Part shown: positions 30,320-40,473 of the stretch, piece by piece
How the letters are laid out: each line of letters starts with the position of its first letter
Numbering within the stretch: the stretch's first letter is position 1
Assembly: GCA_965198175.1 (NCBI GenBank)
Contig: OZ240245.1
Location: 256,001 to 320,000, forward strand
Direction of reading: 5' to 3'
Origin: Candidatus Poribacteria bacterium
Lineage (GTDB): Bacteria; Poribacteria; WGA-4E; PCPOR2b
DNA length: 64,000 nucleotides
Translations under genes and position numbers: made by a program
The notes under the pieces: generated by a model
What the model saw: only the letters and a program-made list of their open reading frames with translations
Told to the model about the DNA's origin: nothing
The model's database searches: none

Positions 30320-31759
30320 TTACTCATCGTCCGATGATGTTCGGGCGCGGCTTAATCGCTTGTGCAGCGCATATCTTGACATCCCCAAGAGTTGGGCTGC
30401 AATCGTCTGGTTTCCATTCGCGCGTTTGAGGGCTTCAGCAATCATAAGTTGTTCTGCTTCCTTCATATCGGGGAGTATAGGTAGTACCGACAATCCCTTC
30501 GCAAACGTAACTGCGCTTGTTTTTACCGTCGTGTCCTCGTGGGGAATAGTGGATTGTTCGCTTATCTTTTGCCGAAAAGATGTTGTGGAGAGTATACCCC
30601 CTTTGTGCTGACTGACAGCGTCTTGTACCATTCCCTCAAGCTCTCTGATGTTGCCCGGGAAGGGATACGCTCTGAGTAACGTAACGAGTTCCGCTGGAGG
30701 CGTGGGTGTTTTCTTTTCTAGTTTCTCAGCGGCGCTTTCGAGAAAATAGGAAACCAATGGCGGGATATCACCCGTTCGCTCACGAAGCGGGGGTAAGTGG
30801 ACGTGATGGGTTTGCAGGCGGTAATAGAGGTCATTACGAAAAGTTTCGGACTCTCTCAGAAATTGTATGTCTCTATTGGTCGCAACAACTATTCTAGCGT
30901 TACTCATTCTCGGGAAATCGTCGCCAAGCGGAAAGTAATTTCTTTCCTGCAGAAGACGCAGCAGTTTGACCTGCGACTCCATGTGCAGGTCTCCGATTTC
31001 ATCAAGGAAGAGCGTACCGTTTGACGCTTGTTCAATCAATCCCTTGCGAGGCGTATCCGCGCCGGTGAACGCCCCTTTTCTGTGTCCGAAAAGCGTGTCC
31101 GAGAATAGGTAGTCGTCGAGTCCTGCTACATTTACCGAAACAAATTCACCCTCCAGCCCGCTCAGCTTGTGAATTGCCGCTGCAATCAGTTCCTTGCCAA
31201 CACCGGTTTCGCCCGTAATCAACACCGGCATGGGGGTTAGAGCGATTGTCTCGACATACTGGAAAATTGAGTACATTGTGCGGTCTTGTGTGACAATGTC
31301 AGAAAACGCTTCAGGATGCTCTAGTGTGTCAGAGAGCACACGTTCCTTTAGCAGACGATTTTGACGCCGCAAGTCGCTCATTTCTAGTCCGCGCCGAATC
31401 GTCGCCGCGAGCCTGGTGCTGTCCACCGGTTTCACGAGGTAGTCGAATGCCCCAGTTTTCAGACAATCTACCGCGGTTTCCACGTCTTTTACGCCCGTGA
31501 CAACCGTTACGGGAAGGTCCGGAAAGTCGGCAAGAATCAACGGAAGCAGGTCCAGCCCTGATAAATTAGGCATCATCAAATCCAGCACGACAACCGAGAA
31601 GTCCGCTTTTGACAAGGTAGACATAACTTCGCGGCTGTCTTGACATTGGACGACATGATTAATGCCCTCTGCCCTAAGCGCGCGGCTCGTACTGACCAGA
31701 AAAAGTTCTTCGTCGTCGACGAGCAATATTGGACGGGTAGAAAACTGAATTGGATTCAT
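30320..31759 (-). CDS. NtrC-family sigma54-dependent response regulator
   Basis: Receiver (LLVDDE, LDLMMP), GETGVGKE, GAFTGA, LFLDEIG, FPGNIREL, Fis-type HTH. Confidence 0.95.
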   Translation of the reverse strand: MNPIQFSTRPILLVDDEELFLVSTSRALRAEGINHVVQCQDSREVMSTLSKADFSVVVLDLMMPNLSGLDLLPLILADFPDLPVTVVTGVKDVETAVDCLKTGAFDYLVKPVDSTRLAATIRRGLEMSDLRRQNRLLKERVLSDTLEHPEAFSDIVTQDRTMYSIFQYVETIALTPMPVLITGETGVGKELIAAAIHKLSGLEGEFVSVNVAGLDDYLFSDTLFGHRKGAFTGADTPRKGLIEQASNGTLFLDEIGDLHMESQVKLLRLLQERNYFPLGDDFPRMSNARIVVATNRDIQFLRESETFRNDLYYRLQTHHVHLPPLRERTGDIPPLVSYFLESAAEKLEKKTPTPPAELVTLLRAYPFPGNIRELEGMVQDAVSQHKGGILSTTSFRQKISEQSTIPHEDTTVKTSAVTFAKGLSVLPILPDMKEAEQLMIAEALKRANGNQTIAAQLLGMSRYALHKRLSRARTSSDDE

Positions 31760-33399
31760 CGGTCACTCCTTGGGTCGGCAGGCAGCTTGACTGTCGCCGT
31801 CGTGCCCTTTCCAAGTTCTGAGGTGAAGGTCAAATCTCCGCCATGATTCTTGACGATAGTGTAAGAGATTGACAGCCCTAGACCGGTGCCGCCGATGTCT
31901 CGCTTTGTAGTGAAAAAGGCGTCCATGACGCGTGGCAAATTTTCAGAAGGAATCCCTTCTCCCTCGTCGCAAAATTCAATCAGTACATCCTTTGAACTCT
32001 TTCGGGTTGAAACCACGACGCTTCTGCTAGGGTCGGGCAGCGCTTGGCAAGAATTCGTGATTAAGTTAATAAATACCTGTTCAAGTTGTTGCGCGTTACC
32101 CAGAACCATTGGTAGATTGCGATCCAACTGAGGCGAGAAGCGATTCGTCGATCTTTTTATCAGATTCCGTACAATTACGATTGCAGAGTCAATCACCGTA
32201 TTGCAATTGACCGGTTGGCTTAAATCCTCGTCACCACGATGTGCGAATTCGCCGAGCACATTCACAATCTCTTGGATTCGCTTCGCCCCGATAATGATTC
32301 CCGTAGTCATTTCCCTGATATCAGTTTGTAATTCCGTATAGAGCACGCCAGCGCACATAAAATCCCCATTCTCTTGGTAATATCTCTCAAGAATGGGCAT
32401 TACGCTGAACCAAGCTTTCTCAAGGGTTTCTCCGTTCAGCAAGATAAAATTGTTCGGGTTGTTAATCTCATGCGCGACGCCGGCGGTCAGAATGCCTAAT
32501 GAGGTCATCTTATCCGCTTGAATCAACTGGCGCTGCCGCATCGCAGACACTTCCTCGGCACGCTTGCGTTCCGTGATATCTAGTGCAAATCCGGCGACGC
32601 GGTAGGGATTTCCGCCTTCATCTTTGACTGGAAAGGCGCGCGCTTGAATCCAGCGGATTTCGCCGTCCGGTCGGACGATACGGAACTCATACTCTACAAA
32701 CTCGCCGCGCTTCTGTCTTTCAAAATTGGCTAAGACCTGCTCCAGGTCATCCGGATAAATGCTCTCCGCCCACGACATCGGTTCTGCGATTAGGTCGTAG
32801 CGGGATCTGCCCCATATCTCATCGTATCCCGGACTAAGGTAGTAGAATTCATCCCCTTCGAGCGACATTAACCAGAAAACCTCGCGGATACTGTCCGCCA
32901 ACTGGTGAAAGCGTTGGTCGCTCTCGCGAAGTTCCCGTTCGGTCTCTTTTTGCTGCGTGATGTCGCGCCAAATGAACCGACTGTAAAGAGGATTCCCTCT
33001 TGCATCACAGAAAGTTGAGGCATTCAAGTTCACATCAATTTTGCCTCCATCTTTTTTCCGCAATGCTAGCTCCACATCACGTATTTCACCGTTATTTACA
33101 AGACTAGTGAACATTGTCTTTGCATCTTCGATACAGTCCGGATGATATATCTTGGAAATAGCATAACCGACAAGCTCATCTTCGGTGTATCCCAACGTCG
33201 TAAGTAGTGAATGATTACAGTGGAGAACCCTTTCCGTAACAGCATCCGCTGAAGCAAACATCTCCGGGGAATTGTAGTACGGATCTGTCTCCGCCATCCG
33301 CTTGAATTGCGCTCTTTCGCGTTCTAAGCTCGCCACACGCTGGCGCATTTGCCGCAATTCACGGATGAGTTGTGCTTGCGTCTTATCCGCGTCTTTCAT
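31756..33399 (-). CDS. Cytoplasmic PAS-PAS sensor histidine kinase
   Basis: Two PAS/PAC domains, AHEINNP H-box, NL..N, D.GEGI, FFTTK, GTGLGL; no TM segment. Confidence 0.95.
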   Translation of the reverse strand: MKDADKTQAQLIRELRQMRQRVASLERERAQFKRMAETDPYYNSPEMFASADAVTERVLHCNHSLLTTLGYTEDELVGYAISKIYHPDCIEDAKTMFTSLVNNGEIRDVELALRKKDGGKIDVNLNASTFCDARGNPLYSRFIWRDITQQKETERELRESDQRFHQLADSIREVFWLMSLEGDEFYYLSPGYDEIWGRSRYDLIAEPMSWAESIYPDDLEQVLANFERQKRGEFVEYEFRIVRPDGEIRWIQARAFPVKDEGGNPYRVAGFALDITERKRAEEVSAMRQRQLIQADKMTSLGILTAGVAHEINNPNNFILLNGETLEKAWFSVMPILERYYQENGDFMCAGVLYTELQTDIREMTTGIIIGAKRIQEIVNVLGEFAHRGDEDLSQPVNCNTVIDSAIVIVRNLIKRSTNRFSPQLDRNLPMVLGNAQQLEQVFINLITNSCQALPDPSRSVVVSTRKSSKDVLIEFCDEGEGIPSENLPRVMDAFFTTKRDIGGTGLGLSISYTIVKNHGGDLTFTSELGKGTTATVKLPADPRSDR

Positions 33400-33589
33400 T
33401 TTTCCCCCGTTGTTTGCCGACTATATTCTTAAGAGAATAACACGGTTCTTCATGAATGTCAAGCAGTCTTGAAAGCAGCGGTCAGTCGCCTGTTACTCGT
33501 GGTCAGAAAACACTAGCGCCAAACCGCGGGCTACTAGACACCGGTTCTCAATTAATGTCTTCTTAGCAATCGCTTTGCCTTTAGGAGGT

Positions 33590-33889
33590 CTAATTTTCGG
33601 GCGTAAGTGGTTACCCATTGGGCTCGCCCTGTTTTTCGATTTCGAACTCATCACGCCTTTCCTAGGATTCATCTTGAATTCCATTTGGATTGCTCTGGTC
33701 CTCATAACGCTCATCCTCTCGGAGGATCGCAGGTTTATTTGGTGCATTTGCAATGGACGCACGGCAGTCTGTATTTTCTCATGCTTCCAATAGTCTTTCC
33801 AGCTCTTCCACCTCAATGTTGTCAAGTAAATCCCAGTCTTCAAATTTCACTATCTCGGTCTGTGTCTCCGCCGGCATAATTGATGCCGA
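33590..33889 (-). pseudogene. Decayed 3' fragment paralogous to 27803..29317
   Basis: Reads SASIMPAE..EDWDLLDNIEVEELERLLEA*..ANAP..REDER..NG..DES*..PLTPEN*, versus PASIIPSE..EDWKLPDGVKAEELERLLELL..PNAP..REDRR..NG..DESY..PLMPEK*; three internal stops. Confidence 0.85.
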
Positions 33890-33977
33890 GAGATGATTAT
33901 CGGCAGCTGCACGACATACTTAAGCGGTTCTGAGTTTATTGCAGGTGTTAAGCCCAATCAACGCTTGGTGTTTTACA

Positions 33978-35354
33978 TTACCACCGTTCGTCGGCAACCT
34001 TAGCACCAGGCATGGCATAGTGTTCCCCTTTTGTTGCTTCAGCGACACGGAGCTGAAAGACATCCCTCTCCCTACGCCTCGGATGTACGATACCGCCGAT
34101 AACGTAAACAATTGCACCGGCTTGGCGGCAAACGCCAATCGCCCTTTCGGGTGTGTATCCCTTCTCTCGACGACGGCTGGTTGATTCATCGGTTACAATA
34201 ATAAGGACAAGCTGCCGATTCTCAGGCGTTTGGAGCTTGGGGACACCTTCCATAATTGCATCGAGCAGGTGTTCATCACCGTGCTTGGGCAGCCGGTACA
34301 CCTTCTTGACCTGCTCTGCATCCAACGGCGGTTTTGTCACCACAATAGTGCTGCCACCCCCGCCTGCCAGCGCCCAAAACCGGATGATCCCAAATCGATA
34401 GTCGAGTCCTCCGTCATCAAGCATAGCCACCATTCTATCAACTCCTATACAAATCTCATCGATTTCGCCTTTCATACTCCAGCTGGAATCGAAGACGAAG
34501 ACGATATCCGCAGATGGCTTTACCGTTCCAACGATGTGTTCGCCAATGCGTTCGAAAATCCCGTCGATTTTGAGAATCCTCTTATCCATAACAGAGAATG
34601 GCGTTCGCCACTCCTGGTATTCGTCAATGGCGTACCACTTGCCGCCGGTTTCCTCCGCTAGTTGTAGCTGCGCCGCTTCATTTACCCCAATAACGTTGAT
34701 GTGAATCTCATCCTGCTTGCACCGCTCAATAATCCGATTCACAAGCTGCTGTTTTGCATTCGGCGCCTCCCATGCGGTTCGCAACTGCGAATTTGTGACG
34801 ACAATAATATGCTTGCCGGAATCCGATCTGAAGTTCAGGTCCCTTACCCCCCACATTATCGCCTCCAGGCCATATCCGGCGGAATGGTCGCGCCGAAAAT
34901 GGGCGTAAAAACCCGCTTGAATCGCACGGATGTCGTTCCTCAATGGACTACCCTCGAATTTTGGACCGCCCTGATTTTGAAACCAGATCGGCGCTAGGTG
35001 ATAGTCCACGCCCGACGCCTCGAACACACTCAGAACATTGTTGAGATGTCTTTCGATCTCGACAATCGACGCTTTCATTTTTTCGCCGCGTTCGATGACA
35101 AAGACTAAATCAACTATCTGGTCCTTACTTTGACGGTTAGCACGGCGTGCGATACTGACAAGGCTTTTTCCGACGTTAACCTTTTTTTCCTCCGCTTTCG
35201 ACTCTGTTTTTGGGCTAATCATGATTCGTCGTTTTCGGCGGGGAGGCTGCACCTGAGCTCCGGCGATCGCTGAGAATCCATCAATGCCGATCCAGATTGT
35301 CAACACCATCAAAGCAATTCCAGTTTTCCAAGTAAATCGTTTCGATGCGGTCAT
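33978..35354 (-). CDS. Secreted protein with two tandem vWA domains
   Basis: DLVFVIERGEKM (degenerate) and DIVFVFDSSWSM (DxSxS MIDAS), IIVTDE; signal peptide. Confidence 0.8.
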   Translation of the reverse strand: MTASKRFTWKTGIALMVLTIWIGIDGFSAIAGAQVQPPRRKRRIMISPKTESKAEEKKVNVGKSLVSIARRANRQSKDQIVDLVFVIERGEKMKASIVEIERHLNNVLSVFEASGVDYHLAPIWFQNQGGPKFEGSPLRNDIRAIQAGFYAHFRRDHSAGYGLEAIMWGVRDLNFRSDSGKHIIVVTNSQLRTAWEAPNAKQQLVNRIIERCKQDEIHINVIGVNEAAQLQLAEETGGKWYAIDEYQEWRTPFSVMDKRILKIDGIFERIGEHIVGTVKPSADIVFVFDSSWSMKGEIDEICIGVDRMVAMLDDGGLDYRFGIIRFWALAGGGGSTIVVTKPPLDAEQVKKVYRLPKHGDEHLLDAIMEGVPKLQTPENRQLVLIIVTDESTSRRREKGYTPERAIGVCRQAGAIVYVIGGIVHPRRRERDVFQLRVAEATKGEHYAMPGAKVADERW

Positions 35355-35471
35355 TGATACTCTCTCCTTTCTCTAGTCGTGTAGGTTGGGTTGAACGGTT
35401 CATCTCACTCGTAGTAACTTAAGAAACTAGTTTTTAGAAAAACATCGGTTTATCACCCTAACAGTGTAGTC

Positions 35472-36788
35472 CTACTTGACAATAACCATCCGTCGTAACG
35501 CGGTGTAATCACCCGCACGGAGTTGATAGTAATAGGCGCCGCTTGTTACGTACTCTCCGTTTTGATTTCGACCGTCCCAATACGCTGCGCTGGCTTTGTC
35601 TCGGTAGACTCCCGATTTTTGATGTCCAATGTCGAGGGTGCGGACGATATGACCGCTCTGGTCATAGATGTTCAAGCTCACGAGTGCATCGTTCGCCAAA
35701 TGGTACGGTATCCAAGTCTCGGGGTTGAACGGGTTCGGATAATTTTGCAGCAGCGCTGTCCGTTTGATGTTTCCCAGCGTCGTGATGCGTCTTTCCAACG
35801 GCTCCACCGCTAATTGGATTGAAGAAGCAACTTCCCAAAGCAACACCGTGCCGTCCCAGCTCCCACTCGCAAGTGTGCGCCCGTCGGGACTAAACGCAAC
35901 GCTGCGAACCTCATCTGTATGCCCGTTGAGCGTGCGCAGGTGTTCTCCTGTGTCGGCGTCCCATAATCGGACGGTGGCATCATGACCTCCACTAGCTATT
36001 GTGCGTCCATCAGGACTGAAAGCGACGCTATAGACCCCAAACGCATGCCCGTTGAGCGTGCGCAGGTGTTCTCCCGTATCAACGTCCCACAATCGAATGG
36101 TAGTGTCCCAACTCCCACTAGCAATCGTATGTCCATCGGGGCTGAACGCTATGTCGTTTACCTGATTCCTGTGCCCGTTGAGCGTTAGCAGATGTTTACC
36201 ACCGGCGTTCCACAGACGGATAGTGTCGTCCCAACTCCCGCTAGCGATGGTGCGACCATCGGGACTGAACGCAACGCTCCAGACCGTACCCGTATGCCCG
36301 ATGCGCTTTCGCAGGGGTCTTCCCGTATCAGCGTCCCACCAACGGACGGTTTTGTCCCAACTCCCACTGGCGATTGTGCGACCATCCGGACTGAACGCCA
36401 CGCTCCAGACCGCATGCGTATGTCCGATGAGTGTTTGCAGGTGTTTTCCGGTATCGGCGTTCCACAGACGGATAGCGGTCCTACCTGCGCTAGCGATTGT
36501 GCGACCATCGGGACTGAACGCAATGCTATCAGCAGACGTATACCCGGCGAATAGTGCTACCTCTTGATTGGACGCCGTATCGTAGAGCCAAATGCCGATA
36601 CTGCTGGCGACCGCAAGTCGAGTGCCGTCGGGCGAATACTGTATTTCATTTATCTCACCTTTACCGAGGCGTGCTTTAACACCTTCGGGCAGCCCCCATT
36701 GTGGAAAATCTTGGGCGTAGCTGTGCGGTAAACATGTAGCGGTAACGAGGAGTAATGAGCAAATCGTCAAAAACATGGTCTTCTTCAT
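35472..36788 (-). CDS. Secreted WD40-repeat protein with C-terminal FlgD/T9SS-like domain
   Basis: About 7 GH..V.SVAFSPDG.TIASG.WD repeats, then LLQNYPNPFNPETWIPY...YWDG.N..GE. Confidence 0.9.
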   Translation of the reverse strand: MKKTMFLTICSLLLVTATCLPHSYAQDFPQWGLPEGVKARLGKGEINEIQYSPDGTRLAVASSIGIWLYDTASNQEVALFAGYTSADSIAFSPDGRTIASAGRTAIRLWNADTGKHLQTLIGHTHAVWSVAFSPDGRTIASGSWDKTVRWWDADTGRPLRKRIGHTGTVWSVAFSPDGRTIASGSWDDTIRLWNAGGKHLLTLNGHRNQVNDIAFSPDGHTIASGSWDTTIRLWDVDTGEHLRTLNGHAFGVYSVAFSPDGRTIASGGHDATVRLWDADTGEHLRTLNGHTDEVRSVAFSPDGRTLASGSWDGTVLLWEVASSIQLAVEPLERRITTLGNIKRTALLQNYPNPFNPETWIPYHLANDALVSLNIYDQSGHIVRTLDIGHQKSGVYRDKASAAYWDGRNQNGEYVTSGAYYYQLRAGDYTALRRMVIVK

Positions 36789-36897
36789 TGGAAATAACCC
36801 TCCAAATTTGAATGTTGCATCTAATTCATCTCGCACGCCGCAGCTACAGAAACTAGTTATTTGGAGCCACTCGGTTTTTCACGCCAACTTTGCCGTG

Positions 36898-37713
36898 CTA
36901 CTTGACAATAACCATCCGCCGTAACGCGGTGTAATCACCCGCACGGAGTTGATAGTAATAGGCGCCGCTTGTTACGTACTCTCCGTTTTGATTTCGACCA
37001 TCCCAATACGCTGCGCTGGCTTTGTCTCGGTAGACTCCCGATTTTTGATGTCCAATGTCGAGGGTGCGGACGATATGACCGCTCTGGTCATAGATGTTCA
37101 AGCTCACGAGTGCATCATTTTCCAACTGATAAGGAATCCAAGTCTCGGGGTTGAACGGATTCGGATAATTTTGCAGCAACGCCGTGCGTTTGATGTTTCC
37201 CAGCGTCGTCAAGTGTCTTGTCGACGGTTCTACTCCTAATTCGGTTGAAGAGGCAAATTCCCACAGCAATACGGTGCCGTCCCCACTCCCACTGGCGAGG
37301 GTGCGTCCATCAGGACTGAACACAACGCTAGAAACCCCGCCATTATGCCCCATGAGCGTTTCTTGGTGTTTTCCGGTATCGGCGTCCCAAAGACGGACGC
37401 TTGCGTCCTCATATCCGCCGGCGAGGTTGCCACCATCCGGACTGAACGCAACGCTAACGACAGATGTATGCCCGGCGAACAGTGATGCCTCTTGATAGGA
37501 CACCGTATCGTAGAGCCAAATACCGATACTACCAGCGACCGCAAGTCGAGTGCCGTCGGGCGAATACTGTAATTCACTTATCCGACCCTTACCGAGGCGT
37601 GCTTTAGCGCGCTCGAGTAGCCCCCATTGCGGGGATTCTTGGGCAAAACTGTGCGGTAGACATAGAGCGGAAGCTAAAAATAAGCTAAGTCTGAAAAACA
37701 TCGCTTTCTTCAT
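36898..37713 (-). CDS. Secreted short WD40-repeat protein (about 3 repeats) with the same C-terminal domain
   Basis: Paralog of 35472..36788; 3' ~290 nt nearly identical. Confidence 0.88.
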   Translation of the reverse strand: MKKAMFFRLSLFLASALCLPHSFAQESPQWGLLERAKARLGKGRISELQYSPDGTRLAVAGSIGIWLYDTVSYQEASLFAGHTSVVSVAFSPDGGNLAGGYEDASVRLWDADTGKHQETLMGHNGGVSSVVFSPDGRTLASGSGDGTVLLWEFASSTELGVEPSTRHLTTLGNIKRTALLQNYPNPFNPETWIPYQLENDALVSLNIYDQSGHIVRTLDIGHQKSGVYRDKASAAYWDGRNQNGEYVTSGAYYYQLRAGDYTALRRMVIVK

Positions 37714-37942
37714 AGGATTAATCCTCCACATTCTTGAGTTGAGGGTATATCCTCCTTGAGCAAAAAGAGGGTTGGGTGCAAATTTACACACTCAACCCGA
37801 CATGTAAGTTTATCCATGTTTGAGCGCCTAATGACGCGCCCGAAGTGTCTGTTGATGTAGATGAATGAAACGTAAGGTCATGAGCGCCGATTATTACGTG
37901 CATCGTGACAAACCAACAGTAGTCGTAACATGATAGACCTGT

Positions 37943-38749
37943 TCATTCTTCCACACAATCGTAGGCGCCGGGGCTGTGTGTGCGGTTGTAATCCCCAATT
38001 TGCTCATCGGTCGCACGGGGCGCATCGTCAAAATGAACTATCCAATCCTTGTATTTCGGTTCGACCGGCAAACCATCTGCTTTAGCTATCACAATGTAGG
38101 CGACATGCTCACGCTTGTGCTTGTCAGGAACATCAGGTGTATTCACCTCGCCTTTTTCCACCCAGTCCTCAAGTATCTGATTCAATACAGGAGCGTTCAT
38201 GGGGTGGTCCAACGGGGCTGCAGGGCCTCCGAGGGGACCGCTACTCACTCCCAAGCCTCGTTCAGGTTCTCCCTCGTATAACTCCAGCAGTATTATGTGT
38301 CTCGCTCTCCAGTAGATGACTTTAAGCCCAGTTGGGTCAGGGTCGAATGCGACTTTTACATTATGATTGTTAAACCAAGACGCCACTAAGATTCGACTCC
38401 GGTCGTCATGCGTAGCCGCGGGGTGAGGTACATCTTTGGCGCGATTGTATGCCGTCTCCGAGACAGCACGCTGTAAATGCAAGTCAACAACAGAGTGATG
38501 GAGGTCTCCTTGACAGAGATCGTAAATGTATTGAAGGGACGCCTGCCATTCGGGTTCAGTCATGTCTGCCTGAAGATTAGCATAACGCTTTGCAAGTGCA
38601 AGCGGAATGTGTGCAGGGATTTCGTACCGGATTGGTATTTCGGTTTCGCTCTGGACAACGGGTTCTGGTTTTGTCGGAATTGGTGATTCGGTTTCGCCGC
38701 AAGCCAAGCACATCACTAAAATTGCGGTGAGAATCAATATCCGTGTCAT
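37943..38749 (-). CDS. Hypothetical lipoprotein (partner gene of sigma54 cassette)
   Basis: Lipobox LVMCLAC, AGGAGG RBS, paralog at 1..243. Confidence 0.8.
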   Translation of the reverse strand: MTRILILTAILVMCLACGETESPIPTKPEPVVQSETEIPIRYEIPAHIPLALAKRYANLQADMTEPEWQASLQYIYDLCQGDLHHSVVDLHLQRAVSETAYNRAKDVPHPAATHDDRSRILVASWFNNHNVKVAFDPDPTGLKVIYWRARHIILLELYEGEPERGLGVSSGPLGGPAAPLDHPMNAPVLNQILEDWVEKGEVNTPDVPDKHKREHVAYIVIAKADGLPVEPKYKDWIVHFDDAPRATDEQIGDYNRTHSPGAYDCVEE

Positions 38750-38821
38750 GGCAAAAGCCTCCTTGTAGGTTTCAAATGGGGAACATCTAACTCATTAGAC
38801 GTTCCCCATCATAATTGAAGT

Positions 38822-39601
38822 TTATTCATTTTTCATTGATGCCCATGTCGTTGTTAGTGTTCCAATGAGTGGTTCGGGCCTCCGAGGTGCTGCGGGTAAC
38901 GCGACTGACTCGGTGACTGTAGATAAGGCACCTGTCCCGTCAAACACAGGCTCCTCATCTTCACCAAACGTGTAGATTCTACCGTTATAGTTCACAGCCA
39001 CTGACGCATCTGAGTTTGCTGCGAGAGCGTCTGCGAGTTCTTGTTCAATCGCAGCACGCGACGAAGAATCGGGTGCAATTGGCTGAAGCGGGATTAGTCC
39101 GTTGACCGCGCTTACCTCCTCTGGTATGCCGTTGTTTACCATGGCTTGATTATCAGGTACAACTACACCGGTTGCGCTTGCCATTCGATAGACGTCACCT
39201 ACTTCGCCAGATACCCAGGCTAGACCCCATTTAGCACCACTGGATACAGTCCAACGACTAATCCCGCCATCATTATCCGACCCTGCACCTTCGAATGTGC
39301 CAGGTGTCAACCAATACTGGAACACGTGAACAATGCTTGAATCGTGAGCATCTGTAATGACATGATGTCGAACCAACTCATAGTCATGTGGGTGCTGTTG
39401 ATCCGCCCCGTGAGGGCCTGTTTTCACATGAACGGTCGTGGAGGTTTCAATTTTTTTATCACTGTATTGGTCAACAGCATCAACGGCTGCACTGGGTATA
39501 ACCGCGATGTGATCCGCCACAACGATGTGAGCAATTGATGTATCAACAAGAAGAACAAAGACAAACACACAAAGCAAAGTGAAAACCGTGGTCCGTTTCA
39601 T
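38822..39601 (-). CDS. Secreted protein with C-terminal LTTTWASMK motif (cassette cargo)
   Basis: Sec signal (..TSIA), AAGGAGG RBS, sigma54 promoter upstream. Confidence 0.82.
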   Translation of the reverse strand: MKRTTVFTLLCVFVFVLLVDTSIAHIVVADHIAVIPSAAVDAVDQYSDKKIETSTTVHVKTGPHGADQQHPHDYELVRHHVITDAHDSSIVHVFQYWLTPGTFEGAGSDNDGGISRWTVSSGAKWGLAWVSGEVGDVYRMASATGVVVPDNQAMVNNGIPEEVSAVNGLIPLQPIAPDSSSRAAIEQELADALAANSDASVAVNYNGRIYTFGEDEEPVFDGTGALSTVTESVALPAAPRRPEPLIGTLTTTWASMKNE

Positions 39602-39687
39602 TGGTAAATCCTCCTTTTTTTGCTGTTGGATATTTGCAACATAATCAAGTTTTCGAAACTGAATTAGTTACTTCGAAATGATTGTAG

Positions 39688-39703
39688 TGCAAACTATATG
39701 CCA
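39688..39703 (-). promoter_or_regulatory. sigma54 -24/-12 promoter TGGCATATAGTTTGCA
   Basis: Near-perfect consensus. Confidence 0.85.
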
Positions 39704-39822
39704 AAACTAATAATACCCTTTATTTTAAGCTCTGTTTGGACTCATAAACCCTTATGTGTCAAGGGATACGGGCAGTTTAGTTTTTTTTCAGTCTAGGATG
39801 GCAGCGCTTTGATGGGGTATGG

Positions 39823-39950
39823 AAAGGGGTGTGACGTTTGTTGACAGAATTCGGGAAAATTGGGGTTAAGCAGTGCGTGAAGCCTTGCCAGACAAGGGTT
39901 TGGGCAATGTGTGACAAATGTCTACAAAAGTGACAAATGTCACACCCCTT
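39823..39950. promoter_or_regulatory. Putative enhancer with GTGACAAATGTC palindromes
   Basis: Close copy of 30123-30250. Confidence 0.65.
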
Positions 39951-40019
39951 TCGGGTATGGAAGACAAAGCAATAGGAATACAGCGTAGCAAGCAAGGGCG
40001 GGAAAAGGCAATCACCGTT

Positions 40020-40457
40020 TCACTCATCGTCCGATGACGTTCGGGCGCGGCTCAATCGCTTGTGCAGCGCATATCTTGACATCCCCAAGAGTTGAGCTGC
40101 AATTGTCTGGTTCCCATTTGCACGCTTGAGGGCTTCGGAAATTATCAGTTGTTCAGCTTCTTTCAAAGCGGGCAGTATTAGGTAGCGCGGATAACCCATC
40201 TGTAAACGTAGTCGTGCTTGCTTTGAGCACTGTGTTCTCGTGGGAAACGGTAAATTGTTCGTCAATCTTGTTCCGGAATGATTCAATGGAGAGTACACCG
40301 CCTTTGTGCTGACTGACGGCATCCAGGACCATTCCTTCAAGCTCTCTGACGTTGCCCGGGAAGTGGTACGTCTCAAGTAAGGTAAAAAGTTCCGGTGAAG
40401 GCGTGGGTGTCTCCTTCCCTAGTGTTTTAGCAGCTTTTTAGAGAAAATTGGAAACCA
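40020..40457 (-). pseudogene. 3' remnant of an NtrC-type regulator (paralog of 30320..31759), frameshifted and truncated near IS5
   Basis: Identical C-terminal EALKRANGNQTIAAQLLGMSRYALHKRLSRARTSSDDE; homology ends ~16 bp before the IS. Confidence 0.9.
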
Positions 40458-40473
40458 GCACTCGCAAAGACTA

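Noticed and set aside
33493..33843. 116-aa ORF in the track
   Set aside because: Wrong frame; the homologous reading is the stop-interrupted frame of the partner pseudogene.
35472..37200. Near-identical WD40 3' ends as a DGR template/variable repeat pair
   Set aside because: Differences are not adenine-specific, and both copies are coding.
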